Source: Pristiophorus japonicus
Lineage: Eukaryota
DNA length: 64,000 bases
Direction of reading: 5' to 3'
Assembly: GCF_044704955.1 (NCBI RefSeq)
Contig: NC_091980.1
Span: 25,358,001-25,422,000, forward strand
Under the pieces are notes generated by a model. The model was not told the origin of the DNA, ran no database searches, and worked only from the letters and a program-made list of their open reading frames with translations. This document shows positions 1 to 12,682 of the stretch, piece after piece (position 1 is the stretch's first letter; every line of letters starts with the position of its first letter). The translations under genes were made by a program, and so were the position numbers.

Positions 1-580
1 ATCGGCTATGTACAGCAGGCACCTCAGAGCACCAGAGAAGTACCACCAATGCTGCCTCTGCAAGATCCTGCAAATTCATTGGCAGGATAGGTGCTCAGGC
101 CAACATCCCCAGCATCGAAGCATTGACCACGTTCGATCAACTCCGATGGACGGGCCACATCGTCTGCACGACTGATACTAGATTCCTAAAACAAGTGCTC
201 TACTCAGAGCTCCAACATGGCAAGTGAGCCCCAGGTGGGCAGAGGAAACACCACAAGGGCACCCTCAAAGCCTCCTTGAAAAAGTGAAACATCCCCACCG
301 ACACCTGGGAATCCCTGGCCCAAGAACGCTCAAAGTGGAGGAGAAGCATCCGGGAAGCCGTGGAACACTTCGAGTCTCTCCGCCGGGAGCACGCCGAAGC
401 CAACGCAAATAGCGGAAGGAGCGCACAACAACCCAAGCACCCACCCATCCGTCCCTCCAACCACCATCTACTCCACCTGTGACAGACAATGTCGGTCCCG
501 CATTGGACTCATCAGTCACCTGAGAACTCATATTAATGTGGAAACAAGACATGCTCGACTCCGAGGCACTGCCGAGAAAG
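1..580 (+). mobile_element. RTE-clade LINE 3' end (copy A)
   Basis: Degenerate RTE C-terminus with a terminal CxxC/H zinc-finger-like segment (SRIGLISHLR type). Matches 19273-19835. Confidence 0.8.
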
Positions 581-584
581 AAGA

Positions 585-1172
585 GGGGCAGTAAATTTTG
601 AACCTGGAAATGGTTTGCCAGCTGAGCCCTGAGTGTGGAGCGGAGCGCTAAGGGAGGCTTTCCATAATTCTTTTCGGGTGCTGGACCGGCTGAGCAAATG
701 AAAATGCCGAGGTAAACAGCCGGCCTCGGAGCGCCCTCAGAGAGGATTCAGTGGGGGAAAAAAATCTGAAAAAACCCACCAAAAACAGTCCCAGTATTTT
801 ACTGATGCCACATCCACATGAATCGCACAAATAGCAAAAATAAAACAATCACACTTACCTCAGGTAGACATTCCTTCCATCACTGCGGCCGCTACAGCTG
901 GTACCGTCAGCTTTCACAGGCGGTCCCACTGGGGGGCACTGTGGGGCGCTACTGATCAGGCAAGGTTCAAATTTAGAGCTGGTGTCGCAACCAGGGGTGT
1001 TGCACACCAGCTTGCCTCTCCTGGGAGGTACTGCTCTGCGCCCCCACAACCACGACACTGAATGTCCCGGCAGGGCGCTGGATGCTGGCCGTCTGCCCGG
1101 AAATGCCTCCTGCTGCCATTACCATCCCTCCGGGGCAAAAACAGAGGTGGCAATGAACCGAAAATATAGCCC
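585..1172. mobile_element. Non-autonomous DNA transposon relic (Harbinger/MITE-like)
   Basis: Right end reads GGGCTATATTTTC on the minus strand, similar to the Harbinger TIR at 49902. Duplicated at ~19840-20423. Confidence 0.4.
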
Positions 1173-1179
1173 AATGAGT

Positions 1180-1185
1180 TTTATT
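1180..1185 (-). promoter_or_regulatory. Candidate polyadenylation signal AATAAA of the receptor gene
   Basis: AATAAA just downstream of both possible stops. The duplicate copy has TATAAA instead. Confidence 0.3.
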
Positions 1186-1193
1186 ATCCAACA

Positions 1194-1207
1194 TTAACAT
1201 TTGTCAC
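1194..1207 (-). CDS. Possible terminal micro-exon (G-D-K-C-stop)
   Basis: Long polypyrimidine tract plus AG at 1209-1208, in-phase GT GAC AAA TGT TAA, then AATAAA at 1185-1180. The preceding intron would be only 58 nt. Confidence 0.35.
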
Positions 1208-1265
1208 CTTGAAGAAGAGAAAAATAAGAGAAAATAAAACAAATAGCAATGTTCGGTTTCACTAC

Positions 1266-1322
1266 CTGGTGAATTTTTCTGAAAAGCAATCGATCCGTAA
1301 TGAATATCTTCTCTTTCTGTGT
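1266..1322 (-). CDS. Cytoplasmic exon 3 (IHYGSI, ITIM-like)
   Basis: 57 nt, phase 1/1, ttccctgcAG acceptor, CAG|GTAGTG donor. DTEREDIHYGSIAFQKNSP. Confidence 0.78.
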
Positions 1323-1477
1323 CTGCAGGGAATAAGATGGAAATAAAGGATGTGTATCTATATATATCGTGGCTGAACATATCCCAAAGCAAGTAATGAA
1401 TTACTTTCGAAGTGGAAGTAATGTTGGCAGATAAACAAACACCATTCAAGGTCCCGAAAGCAGGAAATGAGACAACA

Positions 1478-1780
1478 ACCAGTTAATCTTTTGTGGGGAT
1501 GGTGGTTGAGGGAAGAATTTTGTCAGGATAACACCGTGCTCACCATCAATAGATACAATGATATCTTTAATATTCACCAAAAAGGTCTCAACTAAAAGAC
1601 AGCACTTTCGAAAATACAGTAATCCCCTGAAGTGTCAGTAAAGAGTACAGGCTCGATGGACAGAATGACCTCCTTATGTGCTTTAACCATTCTATGATTC
1701 TATGATTCTATGAAAGTCTGAAGTGGGGCTTGAACCCACAAATGTCTGTTTCCAACATTACAATGCTGCCAAGTTGACTC
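1478..1780 (-). mobile_element. Deu-domain SINE relic with an inserted CR1 tail fragment
   Basis: Reverse complement resembles the Deu-SINE sequence at 23.7-24.3 kb; (ATTCTATG-like)n tail at ~1689-1712. Confidence 0.55.
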
Positions 1781-2379
1781 ATAAATTGGAAAATCAACAA
1801 TTCTGTGGCTGCAGATTTACTCACCAATGTAAATTAAAAACATAGCTCACGAATCATAATGTCTTTTCCAATTTTATTATCTTTACCCCACCTCTCCTGA
1901 TTCTCACTGGGCTCTGGTTCCACAAGTACTGACAGTCCTCCAGTATATAACTCAAATGTTGATTCTTCATGTGTGAGCCTGGATATGAAGTGTTGGGAAG
2001 CGATAGGATCATGTGGAGTCTCAAAGCCGCACGTGATCCTGACATCTGCACTTGTTGTTACTTGTTTACTTTATTTTAATGATTCATATTATTTCTAAAC
2101 AGCCATTCCTGTTGCAAACTTGTGATATACACAATCAGTAAAGTGACTGAATAAATAGATCTGTATTGTGCTTGAAGCCTTTTATACTGGACCAACATCA
2201 CAAAGATCTATTTTACTGAAGGTGGTTAAAGTATTTCAGAGTCTAACATTACATATCTGAAGAGCTTCCAAGCCGAAGTATGAAACTAGAACCAACATTT
2301 TAACTCAATGAACTCTGACAATTTCTATGTTAACAATACCTACACAGAGAGAGCCACATAATATGATTTATCTACTTAC

Positions 2380-2457
2380 CGTCTTCTTTTGCCTTTCTAT
2401 TGACAGTTGCATATTCAGCAAAATGACTTGTCTCAGGCACCGGCATCTCGTTATCTT
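2380..2457 (-). CDS. Cytoplasmic exon 2 (AEYATV, ITIM/ITSM-like)
   Basis: 78 nt, phase 1/1, ttttccAG acceptor, G|GTAAGT donor. EDNEMPVPETSHFAEYATVNRKAKED. Confidence 0.8.
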
Positions 2458-2957
2458 CTGGAAAATATATTTTTCTGATAAGACAGTAGCTTGGCCTGAA
2501 TTTCTGAAAGTTGTATCAGGCATTTCTACAAAACCTGCTCCATTGCGAATAGATTCGAATGATCAGCAAAGTGGGATCAGTCCTTCAGAGAAAACAATAT
2601 TGCCGAGAAAAGATATTCAAGTTGCACTCAATCTTTGGCATTAGTTGTTGCGAGTGGTTTTAGAAACACTAGAGTATTTGTGACGTGTGCTCGAGGCATC
2701 TAAGGGTTGTAGCGTGATAGCTCAGTAAATGTGTGACCACGCTTTTAGAGGGGAAGAGGACTCAAAATAGTTATTAATCCGAATATTAATTGAGATACAC
2801 AGCTAAATATGAGTGAGATTTAAACGAATGCAGGTTGAATTGTGGTATGATATGATTTCTGAATGTTGTTGGTTTGTCCAATGAGAAAGGGTTAATTAAT
2901 AACCATGTAGTAAAAGGGCCCTCAGGGAAGAAGGATCATAATATGCTGGAATTTTAA

Positions 2958-5900
2958 TAGCTGGATATCTAGATAGGAATAGTGCAATCAAGCAGACGCA
3001 GCATGGATTCATGAAGGGGAAATCATGTTTAACTAATTTTCTGGAATTATTTAAGGATATAACGAGCATGGTGAATAGAGGTGTACCGATGGATATGGTG
3101 TATTTAGATTTCCAAAAGGCATTCGATAAGGTGCCACACAAAAGGTTACTGCAGAAGATAGAGGTATGCGGAGTCAGAGGAAATGTATTAGCATGGATAG
3201 AGAATTGGCTGGCGAACAGAAAGCAGAGAGTCGGGATAAATGGGTCCTTTTCGGGTTGGAAATCGGTGGTTAGTTGTGTGCCACAGGGATCGGTGCTGGG
3301 ACCACAACTGTTTACAATATACATTGATGACATGGAAGATGGGACAGAGTGTAGTGTAACAAAATTTGCAGATGACACAAAGATTAGTGGGAAAGCGGGT
3401 TGTGTAGAGGACACAGACAGGCTGCAAAGAGATTTGGATAGGTTAAGCGAATGGGCTAAGGTTTGGCAGATGGAATACAATGTCGGAAAGTGTGAGGTCA
3501 TCCACCTTGGGAAAAAAAAACAGTAAAAGGGAATATTATTTGAATGGGGAGAAATTACAACATGCTCCGGTGCAGAGGGACCTGGGGGTCCTTGTACATG
3601 AAACTCTTTTGAGTTTACCTGCAAAACATAAAAACATTAAACGGTGCCACCCGACCTGGGTGACACTCCAGACATTTACAAGGCCCCTTTTTTTTTCCCC
3701 CCCTTTTTTTTTGTGTTTTTTTTTTGTGTTTTTCTTTTTTTTTTTGTTGTTTTTTTTTGGGCACTAAAATGACAATTTTTCCCCAGTGCCCCCTATAAAA
3801 GGGAAGGGGACACTAAAAGCACCGGAAATTAAAACAAATTAACTTTAAAACGTAAAATCAAATTAAAATTTGGTTGCCGGGCGTGATGATGCACTCCAGT
3901 CCCTCCGGTGCCCACCTCTCGCGGAAGGCCGCGAGCGTACCGGTGGACACCGCGTGCTCCATCTCCAAGGACACCCTGGACCGGATGTAAGAGCGGAAGA
4001 GAGGCAGGCAGTCAGGTTGAACGACCCCCTCGACCGCCCGCTGCCTGGACCGGCTGATGGCACCCTTGGCCGTGCCCAGGAGCAGTCCTACGAGGAGGCC
4101 TTCGGACCTACCCGCTCCCCTCCGCACAGGGTGCCCAAAGATCAGGAGAGTGGGACTGAAGTGCAGCCAGAATTTCAGGAGCAGCCCCTTCAAATAGTGG
4201 AACAGGGGCTGCAACCTCGTGCATTCAATAAAAACATGGAACACGGACTCCTCCAGACCGCAGAAATTGCAGGCGGCCTGGGAGTCCGTGAACCGGCTTA
4301 AAAATTTGTTGCACGGCACTGCTCCGTGCACCACCCTCCAGGCCAAGTCCCCGATGAATAGTGGGAGGACCCCTGCGTAGAGTGCCCTCCATCGGGGACC
4401 CCCGCCTCCTCCGGACGGCAAGATGGTACGCCATGGCGTGTCCGGACGGCCGGCGAGGATGGCAAAGTTGAGGGTGTGCAGGAGCAGCCCGTACAGGAAA
4501 CCCCTCCGCGCGGAACTGAAAGGCACGGAGGGGATTTCCCGGAGGCGGCTCAAGTTGTGAGGCGCCGGCCCCCGAGGGAGGTTCCGGGGTTTGGCGCCGA
4601 TGAGGAATTCCGTCCGGACGGGGGTCAGTTCGGACGGGATCTCCCCACGTGCTTGAGCCTCCTCGATGCACCTAATGGAGTCAGGGCCCAGAGCTGTTTT
4701 TAGCGACTCGATGGCATCGGCCGCGTGGCGGACGTTTGCAGAATTTAGGCGCCGCGCCAGCGTGTCTGGCGCCATCCAGCCCGCTCCTCCGCCATCGAGC
4801 AGGTCCCTGACCCTGGTCACCTCACCAGCCACAGCCCTCTCTTCCGACCGCCACATAAAGCCTCGGCCGTGGAGGTACGGATTCCCGAGCAGCGGTTCCT
4901 GCAGGACGGCCGCCACTCCAGCCGGCGGAGAGCTGCGCTTGGTGGAGACTTTGTTCCAGACCCTGATGAGTTCCCTGTAAAAGACAGGCAGCTCCCGGAG
5001 GGCGGTCCTGGCACCCCCCAAGTTCACAAACAGGAGCTGCGTGTCATAATTGAGGTCGAGCTGCTGGCGGAAGAAATACCTCGCCAGAGCACACCACCTA
5101 GGAGGGGGCTCGACGTAAAGGTATCTCTGCAGGGTCTGAAGACGGAAAGTCGCGAGCTGGGCGCTGACGCACACCAACGACTGACCGCCCTCCTCAAGCG
5201 GGAGACTCAAGACCGCAGCAGAGACCCAGTGCTTCCTGTTGTTCCAGAAGAAGTCCACCAGCTTCTTCTGTATCTTGGCGACAAACGCAGGGGGAGGGGT
5301 CAAAGTGACCAGCCGGTACCACAGCATTGCGGCCACCAGCTGGTTTATGACTAGCGCTCGACCCCTGTAGGACAGCACTCGGAGCAGTCCTGTCCAGCGC
5401 CCTAGGCGAGCGGCGACCTTGGCCTCCAGCTCCTGCCAGTTCGCCGGCCAGGCTCCCTCGTCGGGGCTAAGGTAGACTCCCAGATAGAGGAGATGGGTCG
5501 TGCTCCAGGCAAAAGGCCTGAGCTCCTCCGGCAGGGAGTCCACCCGCCACTGACCCACCAGGAGTCCGGAACATTTCTCCCAGTTGATCCTGGCGGAGGA
5601 CGCGGCCGAGTAAATCTCCTGGCACTCACGCATCCTCCGCAGGTCAGCGGGATCCTCTACCGCAAGGAGCACGTCATCGGCGTAAGCCGAGAGGACGACC
5701 TCCACGCCCGGCCCTTGCAGAGCCAGTCCCGTCAACCTCGTCCGCAAGAGGCGCAGGAAAGGCTCCACGCAAACAGCATATAACTGGCCGGACATGAGGC
5801 ATCCCTGGCGCACCCCTCTCCTAAAGCGAAGGGGCGCCGTCAAGGACCCGTTAACCTTAATCAGACACTCCGCGGCCCCTTGTACATGAATCCCAAAAAG

Positions 5901-6597
5901 TTAGTTTACAGGTGCAGCAGGTAATCAGGAAGGCGAATGGAATGTTGGCCTTCATTGCGAGAGGAATGGAATACAAAAGCAGAGAGGTCCTGCTGCAACT
6001 GCATAGGGTATTGGTAAGGCCGCACCTGGAGTACTGCGTGCAGTTTTGGTCACCTTACTTAAGGAAGGATATATTGGCTTTGGAGGGGCTACAGAGACGA
6101 TTCACTCGGCTGATTCCGGAGATGAGGGGGTTACCTTATGATGATAGATTGAGTAGACTGGGTCTTTACTCGTTGGAGTTCAGAAGGATGAGGGGTGATC
6201 TTAGAGAAACATTTAAAATCATGAACGGGATAGACAAGATAGAGGCAGAGAGGTTGTTTCCACTTGTAGGGGAGACTAGAACTTGGGGGCACAGTCTCAA
6301 AATACGGGGGAGCCAATTTAAAACTGAGTTGAGAAGGAATTTCTTCTCCCAGAAGGTTGTGAATCTGTGGAATTCTCTGCCCAAGGAAGCAGTTGAGACT
6401 AGCTCATTGAATGTATTCAAGTCACAGATAGATAGATTTTTAACCAATAAGGGAATTAAGGGTTACAGGGAGCTGGCGGGTAAGTGGAGCTGAGTCCACG
6501 GCCAGATCAGCCATGATCTTATTGAATGGCGGAGCAGGTTCGAGGGGCAAGATGGCCTACTCCTGTTCCTAATTCTTATGTTCTTATGTTCTTATGT
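2958..6597 (+). mobile_element. 5'-truncated CR1 LINE interrupted by a Tx1
   Basis: RT motifs YLDFQKAFDKVPH, PQGSVLGP, FADD; C-terminal RRMRGDL; (TTCTTATG)3 tail. Confidence 0.95.
3603..5877 (-). mobile_element. 5'-truncated Tx1-clade LINE (ORF2 RT C-half plus zinc finger)
   Basis: Uninterrupted 661-aa ORF 3858-5843 with GVRQGC, AYADD and CNFCGLEESVFHVFIEC; 13-bp TSD CCTTGTACATGAA at 3590-3602 and 5878-5890. Confidence 0.93.
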
Positions 6598-6607
6598 TAA
6601 ATTAAGT

Positions 6608-8912
6608 CCTAATAAAAGATCCTCGAGGAATGAGTGATCACAGTATGGTTGAATTTGTAATACAGATTGAGGGTGAGGAAGTAGTGTCTCAAAATGAGCG
6701 TACTATGCTTAAACAAAGGGGACTACAGTGGGATGAGGGCAGAGTTGGCTAAAGTAGACTGGAAACATAGACTAAATGGTGGCACAACTGAGGAACAGTG
6801 GAGGACTTTTAAGGAGCTCTTCCATAGTGCTCAACAAAAATATATTCCAGTGAAAAAGAAGGGTGGTAAGAGAAGAGATAACCAGCCGTGGATAACCAAG
6901 GAAATAAAGGATAGTATCAAATTAAAAACCAATGCGTAGAAGGTGGCCAAGGTCCGTGGGAAACTAGCAGATTTGGAAAATTTTGAATGACAGCAAAGAA
7001 TGACCACGAAAGCAATAAAGAAAGGAAAGATAGATTACGAAAGTAAACTTGCGCTAAACATAAAAACAGATAGTAAAAGCTTTTACTGATATATAAAACG
7101 GGAAACAGTGACTAAAGTAAATGTTGGTCCCTTAGAAGATGAAAAGGGAGATTTAATAATGGGAAATGTGGAAATGGCTGAGACCTTAAACAATTATTTT
7201 GCTTCGGTCTTCACAGTGGAAGACACAAAAACCATGCCAAAAATTGCTGGTCACGGGAATGTGGGAAGGGAGGACCTTGAGACAATCACTATCACTAGGG
7301 AGGTAGTGCTGGACAGGCTAATGGGACTCAAGGTAGACAAGTTCCCTAGTCCAGATGAAATGCATCCCAGTGTATTAAAAGAGATGGCAGAAGTTATAGC
7401 AGATGCATTCGTTATAATCTACCCAAATTCTCTGGACTCTGGGGAGGTACCAGCGGATTGGAAAGCAACTAATGTAACGCCTCTGTTTAAAAAAGGGGGC
7501 AGACAAAAGGCAAGTTAGTTTAACTTCTGTAGTGGGGAAAATGCTTAAAGCTATCATTAAGGAAGAAATAGCGGGACATCTAGATAGGAATAGTGCAATC
7601 AAGCAGACGCAACATGGATTCATGAAGGGGAAATCATGTTTAACTAATTTACTGGAATTCCTTCAGGATATAACGAGCATGGTGGATAGAGGTGTACCGA
7701 TGGATGTGGTGTATTTAGATTTACAAAAGGCATTCGATAAGGTGCCACACAAAAGGTTACTACAGAAGATAAAGTTACGCGGAGTCAGAGGAAATGTATT
7801 AGCATGGATAGAGAATTGGCTGGCTAACAGAAAGCAGAGAGTTGGGATAAATGGGTCCTTTTCGCGTTGGAAATTGGTGGTTAGTGTTGTGCCACAGTGT
7901 TTGGTGCTGGGACCACAACTGTTTACAATATACATAGATGACCTGGAAGAGGGGAAAGAGTGTAGTGTAACAAAATTTGCAGATGACACAAAGATTAGTG
8001 GGAAAGCGGGTTGTGTAGAGGACACAGAGAGGCTGCAAAGAGATTTAGATAGATTAAGCGAATAGGCTAAGGTTTGGAAGATGGAATACAATGTTGGAAA
8101 ATGTGAGGTCATCCACCTTGGAAAAAAAAACAGTAAAAGGGAATATTATTTGAATGGGAATAATTACAACATGCTGAGGTGCAGAGGGACCTGGGGGTCC
8201 TTGTGCATGAATCCCCAAAAAGTTAGTTTGCAGGTGCAGCAGGTAATCAGGAAGGCGAATGGAATGTTGGCCTTCATTGAGAGAGGGATGGAGTACAAAA
8301 GCAGGGAGGTCCTGCTGCAACTGTATAGGGTATTGGTGAGGCCGTACCTGGAGTACTGAGTGCAATTTTGATCACCTTTCTTAAGGAAGGATATACTACC
8401 TTTGGAGTGGGTACAGAGACGATTCACTAGGCTGATTCCGGAGATGAGGGGGTTATCTTATGATGATAGATTGAGTAGACTGGGTCTTTACTCGTTGGAG
8501 TTCAGAAGGATGGGGGGTGATCTTAGAGAAACATTTAAAATAATGAAAGGGATAGACAAGATAGAGGCAGAGAGGTTGTTTCCACTGGTCGGGGAGACTC
8601 GAACTAGGGGGCACAGCCTCAAAATACGGAGGAGCCAATTTAAAACCGAGTTGAGAAAGAATTTCTTCTCCCAGAGGGTTGTGAATCTGTGGAATTCTCT
8701 GCCCAGGGAAGCAGTTGAGGCTAGCTCATTGAATGTATTGAAGTCACAGATAGATAGATTTTTAACCAATAAGGGAATTAAGGGTTACGGGGAGCGGGCA
8801 GGTAAGTGGAGCTGAGATCAGCCATGATCTTGTTGAATGGCAGAGCAGGCTCGAGGGGCTAGATGGCCTACTACTGTTCCTAATTCTTATGTTTCTTATG
8901 TTTCTTATGTTT
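6608..8912 (+). mobile_element. 5'-truncated CR1 LINE
   Basis: ORF2 fragments from the EN end through RT to a (TTCTTATG)n tail; stops and frameshifts. Confidence 0.93.
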
Positions 8913-8914
8913 CT

Positions 8915-10738
8915 TCTTGTGATTTAGTAAAATCGGAAACTAGGGTTTTCAATCTAAGCAAAGCAAACTACGAAGGGATGAGGGTCGAATTGGTTAACGC
9001 CGAATGGGAAACTACATTAAAAGTTATGAAGGTAGATGAGCAATGGCTAGCCTTTAAAGAATTAATACATAATTTACAACAAATATACATTCCTGTAAGG
9101 CACAAAAACCCCACAGTAAAAGTGATCCAATCGTGGCTAACAAGAGAAGTTAAAGATAGTATTAGATCAAAGAAAGAGCAGTAAACCTGAGGATTGGGAG
9201 GATTTTAGAATTCAGCAAAGGGGGATCAAGAAATTGGTGAAGAAAGGGAAAATCAAATATGAGAGTAAACTAGTGACATACATAAAAACAGACTGTAAAT
9301 GCTTCTATCGGTATACAAAAAGAAAAATGTTAGCAAAAGTAAATATGAATCCCTTACAGGCTAAGGTAGGAGAAATTATAATGGGGAATATGGAAATGGC
9401 AGAGAAATTAAAGAAATACTTTGTGTTCATCCTCACAGAAGAAGCCGCAAAAAACCTCCCTGAACTAGTGGAGAACCAAAAGTCTAGCAAGCATAAGAAA
9501 CATAAAGAAATTAATATTAGTAACAAAATAGTACTGGAGAAATTAATGGGTCTGGAATTCAATATATTCCCTGTGCCTGATGGCCTACATCCGAGGGTTT
9601 TGAAAGAGTTGGCTATAGAGATAGTGGATGCATTGGTTGTCATCTTCCAAAATTCCATAGATTCTAGAATCTATGCAAAGTAACCCAACTTTTTAAGAAA
9701 CGAGGGAAAGAGAAAGCGGGGAACTACAGATCAGTTAACCTGACATCAGTAGTAGGGAAAATTATAGAATCTATTATTAAGGATGTGGTAATAGGGCACT
9801 GAGAAAATATTAATAGGATTGGGGAAAGTCAACTTGGATTTGAAATGGAAATCATATTTGACAAATCTGTTGGAGTTTTTTTGAGGTTGTAACGAGCAGA
9901 ATAGATGAGGGGGAACCAGTGGATGTGGTGTATTTGGATTTTCAAAAGGAATTCAGTAAGTTGCCACACAAGAATTTATTAAAAAGAATTAGTGCTCATG
10001 ATATTGGGGGCAATATACTCGAATGGATTGAGGATTGGTTAACCGTCAGGCAACAGAATAGGAATAAACATGTCATTTTTGGGTAGGCAGACTGTAACTA
10101 GTGGAGTACCACAAAGATCAGTGTTTGGGCCTTAGTTATTCAGAATCAAAATCAATGATTTGAATGAGAAGACCAAATTTTATATATCCAAGTTTGCTGA
10201 AGATACAAAACTAGGTGGGAATGCAAGTTGTGAGGAGGATTCAAAGAGGCTTCAAAGGGATATATAAGGGCTAAGTGAGTGGGCAAGAACATGGCAAATG
10301 GAATATATTGTGGAGAAATGTGATGTTATCCACTTTCGTAGGAAATATAGAAAAGTATTTTTTAAATGGTGAGAAATTGGGAAATGTTGTTTTTCAGAGG
10401 GACCTGGGTGTTCATGTACATGAATCACCAAAAGTTAAAATGCAGGTACAGCAAGAAGTTAAGAAAGCAAATGGTATGTTGACTTTTATTACAAGATGAT
10501 TTGAGTATAAGAGAGAGATGTTTTACTGCAATTATATAGGGCCCTGGTGAGACCATACCTGGAGTATTGTGTAGAGTTTTGATCTCATTACCTAAGGAAG
10601 GATATACTTGCCATAGAGGGAAGGCAATGAAGGTTGACTAGACTGATTCCTGGGATGGGGGGATTGCTCTATAAGAAGAGATTGAGCAGACTATGCCTTC
10701 ATTCTCTATAGATTAGAAAAATGGGAGGTGATCTGATT
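8915..10738 (+). mobile_element. Older CR1 LINE (continuation of 2876-2957 and 6597-6607)
   Basis: Degenerate ORF2; uninterrupted equivalent at 21601-22952. Confidence 0.88.
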
Positions 10739-11042
10739 GTCTTGGTCCAATGACAAGGGGATCCAACACAATTGGAGACCAGGTTCTGCTACATCGGGCT
10801 AGTACACATACAAAGACATACTCCTACTGTGGGTCTGGCATACATTTCTACAGAGCTCCTCCTCAGGTCCTTTCTCTCTGCTTTTCAGAGATCGCAGTGT
10901 AGGTGAGCGCATCTTGGAGAAGCTTGTGAATTTGTCAATAAAATACAGACATTGTGCCCCGGGCCCATCGGCTGCAGCTCCAGCACACTGCTCTCCTGCA
11001 CTTTTCCACTCTCTCCTGCCGCTCACGCTTTGGCCGTTAGTT
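10739..11042 (-). mobile_element. RTE 5' UTR fragment
   Basis: Near-identical to 12378-12682, which runs into the RTE start MKFGTWNIRT. Confidence 0.7.
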
Positions 11043-12212
11043 CTTTGCAGATGACACTAAACTGGGTGGTGGTGTGAGCTGTGAGGAGGACGCTAAGAGG
11101 CTGCAGGGTGATTTGGACAGGTTAGGAGAGTGGGAAAATACATGAAGTATAATGTGGATAAATGTGAGGTTATCCACTTTGGTGGTAAAAACAGAGAGAC
11201 AGACTATTATCTGAATGGTGACAGATTAGGAAAAGGGGAGGTGCAACGAGACCTGGGTGTCATGGTACATCAATCATTGAAGGTTGGCATGCAGGTACAG
11301 CAGGCGGTTAAGAAAGCAAATGGCATGTTGACCTTCATAGCGAGGGGATTTGAGTACAGGGGCAGGGAGATGTTGCTACAGTTGTACAGGGCCTTGGTGA
11401 GGCCACACCTAGAGTATTGTGTACAGTTTTGGTCTCCTAACCTGAGGAAGGACATTCTTGCTATTGAGGGAGTGCAGTGAAGGTTCACCAGACTGATTCC
11501 TGGGATGGCAGGACTGACCTATCAAGAAAGACTGGATCAACTGGCTTGTATTCACTGGAGTTAAGAAGAATGAGAGGGGACCTCATAGAAACGTTTAAAA
11601 TTCTGACGGGTTTAGACAGGTTAGATGCAGGAAGAATGTTCTCAATGTTGGGGAAGTCCAGAATCAGAGGTCACAGTCTAAGGATAAGGGGTAAGCCATT
11701 TAGGACCGAGATGAGGAGAAACTTCTTCACCCAGAGAGTGGTGAACCTGTGGAATTCTCTACCACAGAAAGTTGTTGAGGCCAATTCACTAAATATATTC
11801 AAAAATGAGTTAGATGTAGTCCTTACTACTAGGGGGATCAAGGGGTATGGCGAGAAAGCAGGAATGGGGTACTGAAGTTGCATGTTCAGCCATGAACTCA
11901 TTGAATGGCGGTGCAGGCTAGAAGGGCCGAATGGCATACTCCTGTATCTATTTTCTATGTTTCTATGTTGCTATGTTTCTATGTTTTCGATGAAACACAT
12001 AATATTCTTACAGGGCTTGATAGGGTAGGTGCAGGGAGGATGTTTAACCTGATTGGGGAGTCTAGAACCAGGGGTCACAGTCTCAGAAAAAGGGGTCGGT
12101 CATTTAGGATTGAAATGAGGATCAAATTCTTCCCTCAGAGGGTGGTGAATCTTTGTAATTCTCTATGCCAGAGGGCTGTGGAGGCTCAGTCGTTGAGTAT
12201 ATTCAAGACAGT
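11043..12212 (+). mobile_element. CR1 3' half with tail, plus an adjacent CR1 fragment
   Basis: ORF2 C-terminal ORFs 11130-11875; (TTTCTATG)n tail ~11951-11986. Confidence 0.9.
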
Positions 12213-12682
12213 GACAGTAGTACGACGTTCCGGTTTGTCGCTGTTGGGGTTGTTCATGATGGTCCTGATGTTCCAGGTCCCGAACTTCATTTGAAAGGGT
12301 GAAAGATGCCTGTGCATGAATTCTTTTAGTGTGGGATGGCCGTTGCACACCAGCTCCACACAAACTTGACAGAGCAACGTCTTGGTCCAATGAAAAGGGG
12401 ATCCAACTCAATTGGAGACCAGGTTCTGCTACATCGGGCTAGTACACATACAAAGATATACTCCTACTGTGGGTCTGGCATACATTCCTACAGAGCCCCT
12501 CCTCAGGTCCTCTCTCTCTGCTTTTCAGAGATCGCAGTGTAGGTGAGCGCATCTTGGAGAAGCTTGTGAATTTGTCTATAAAATACAGATATTGTGCCCC
12601 GGGCCCATCGGCTGCAGCTCCAGCACACTGCTCTCCTGCACTTTTCCACTCTCTCCTGCTGCTCACGCTTTGGCCGTTAGTT
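12213..12682 (-). mobile_element. RTE 5' UTR and start of the endonuclease
   Basis: MKFGTWNIRTIMNNPNSDKPERRT is an APE endonuclease N-terminus. Confidence 0.8.

Noticed and set aside
852-862. Strong GAG|GTAAGT donor on the minus strand
   Set aside because: Inside a transposon relic, not conserved in copy B, and no convincing coding exon.
2896-3624. Recurring 'SSANFVTLHS'-type minus-strand ORFs (also 7663, 43643, 50551 and others)
   Set aside because: Antisense shadows of CR1 ORF2.
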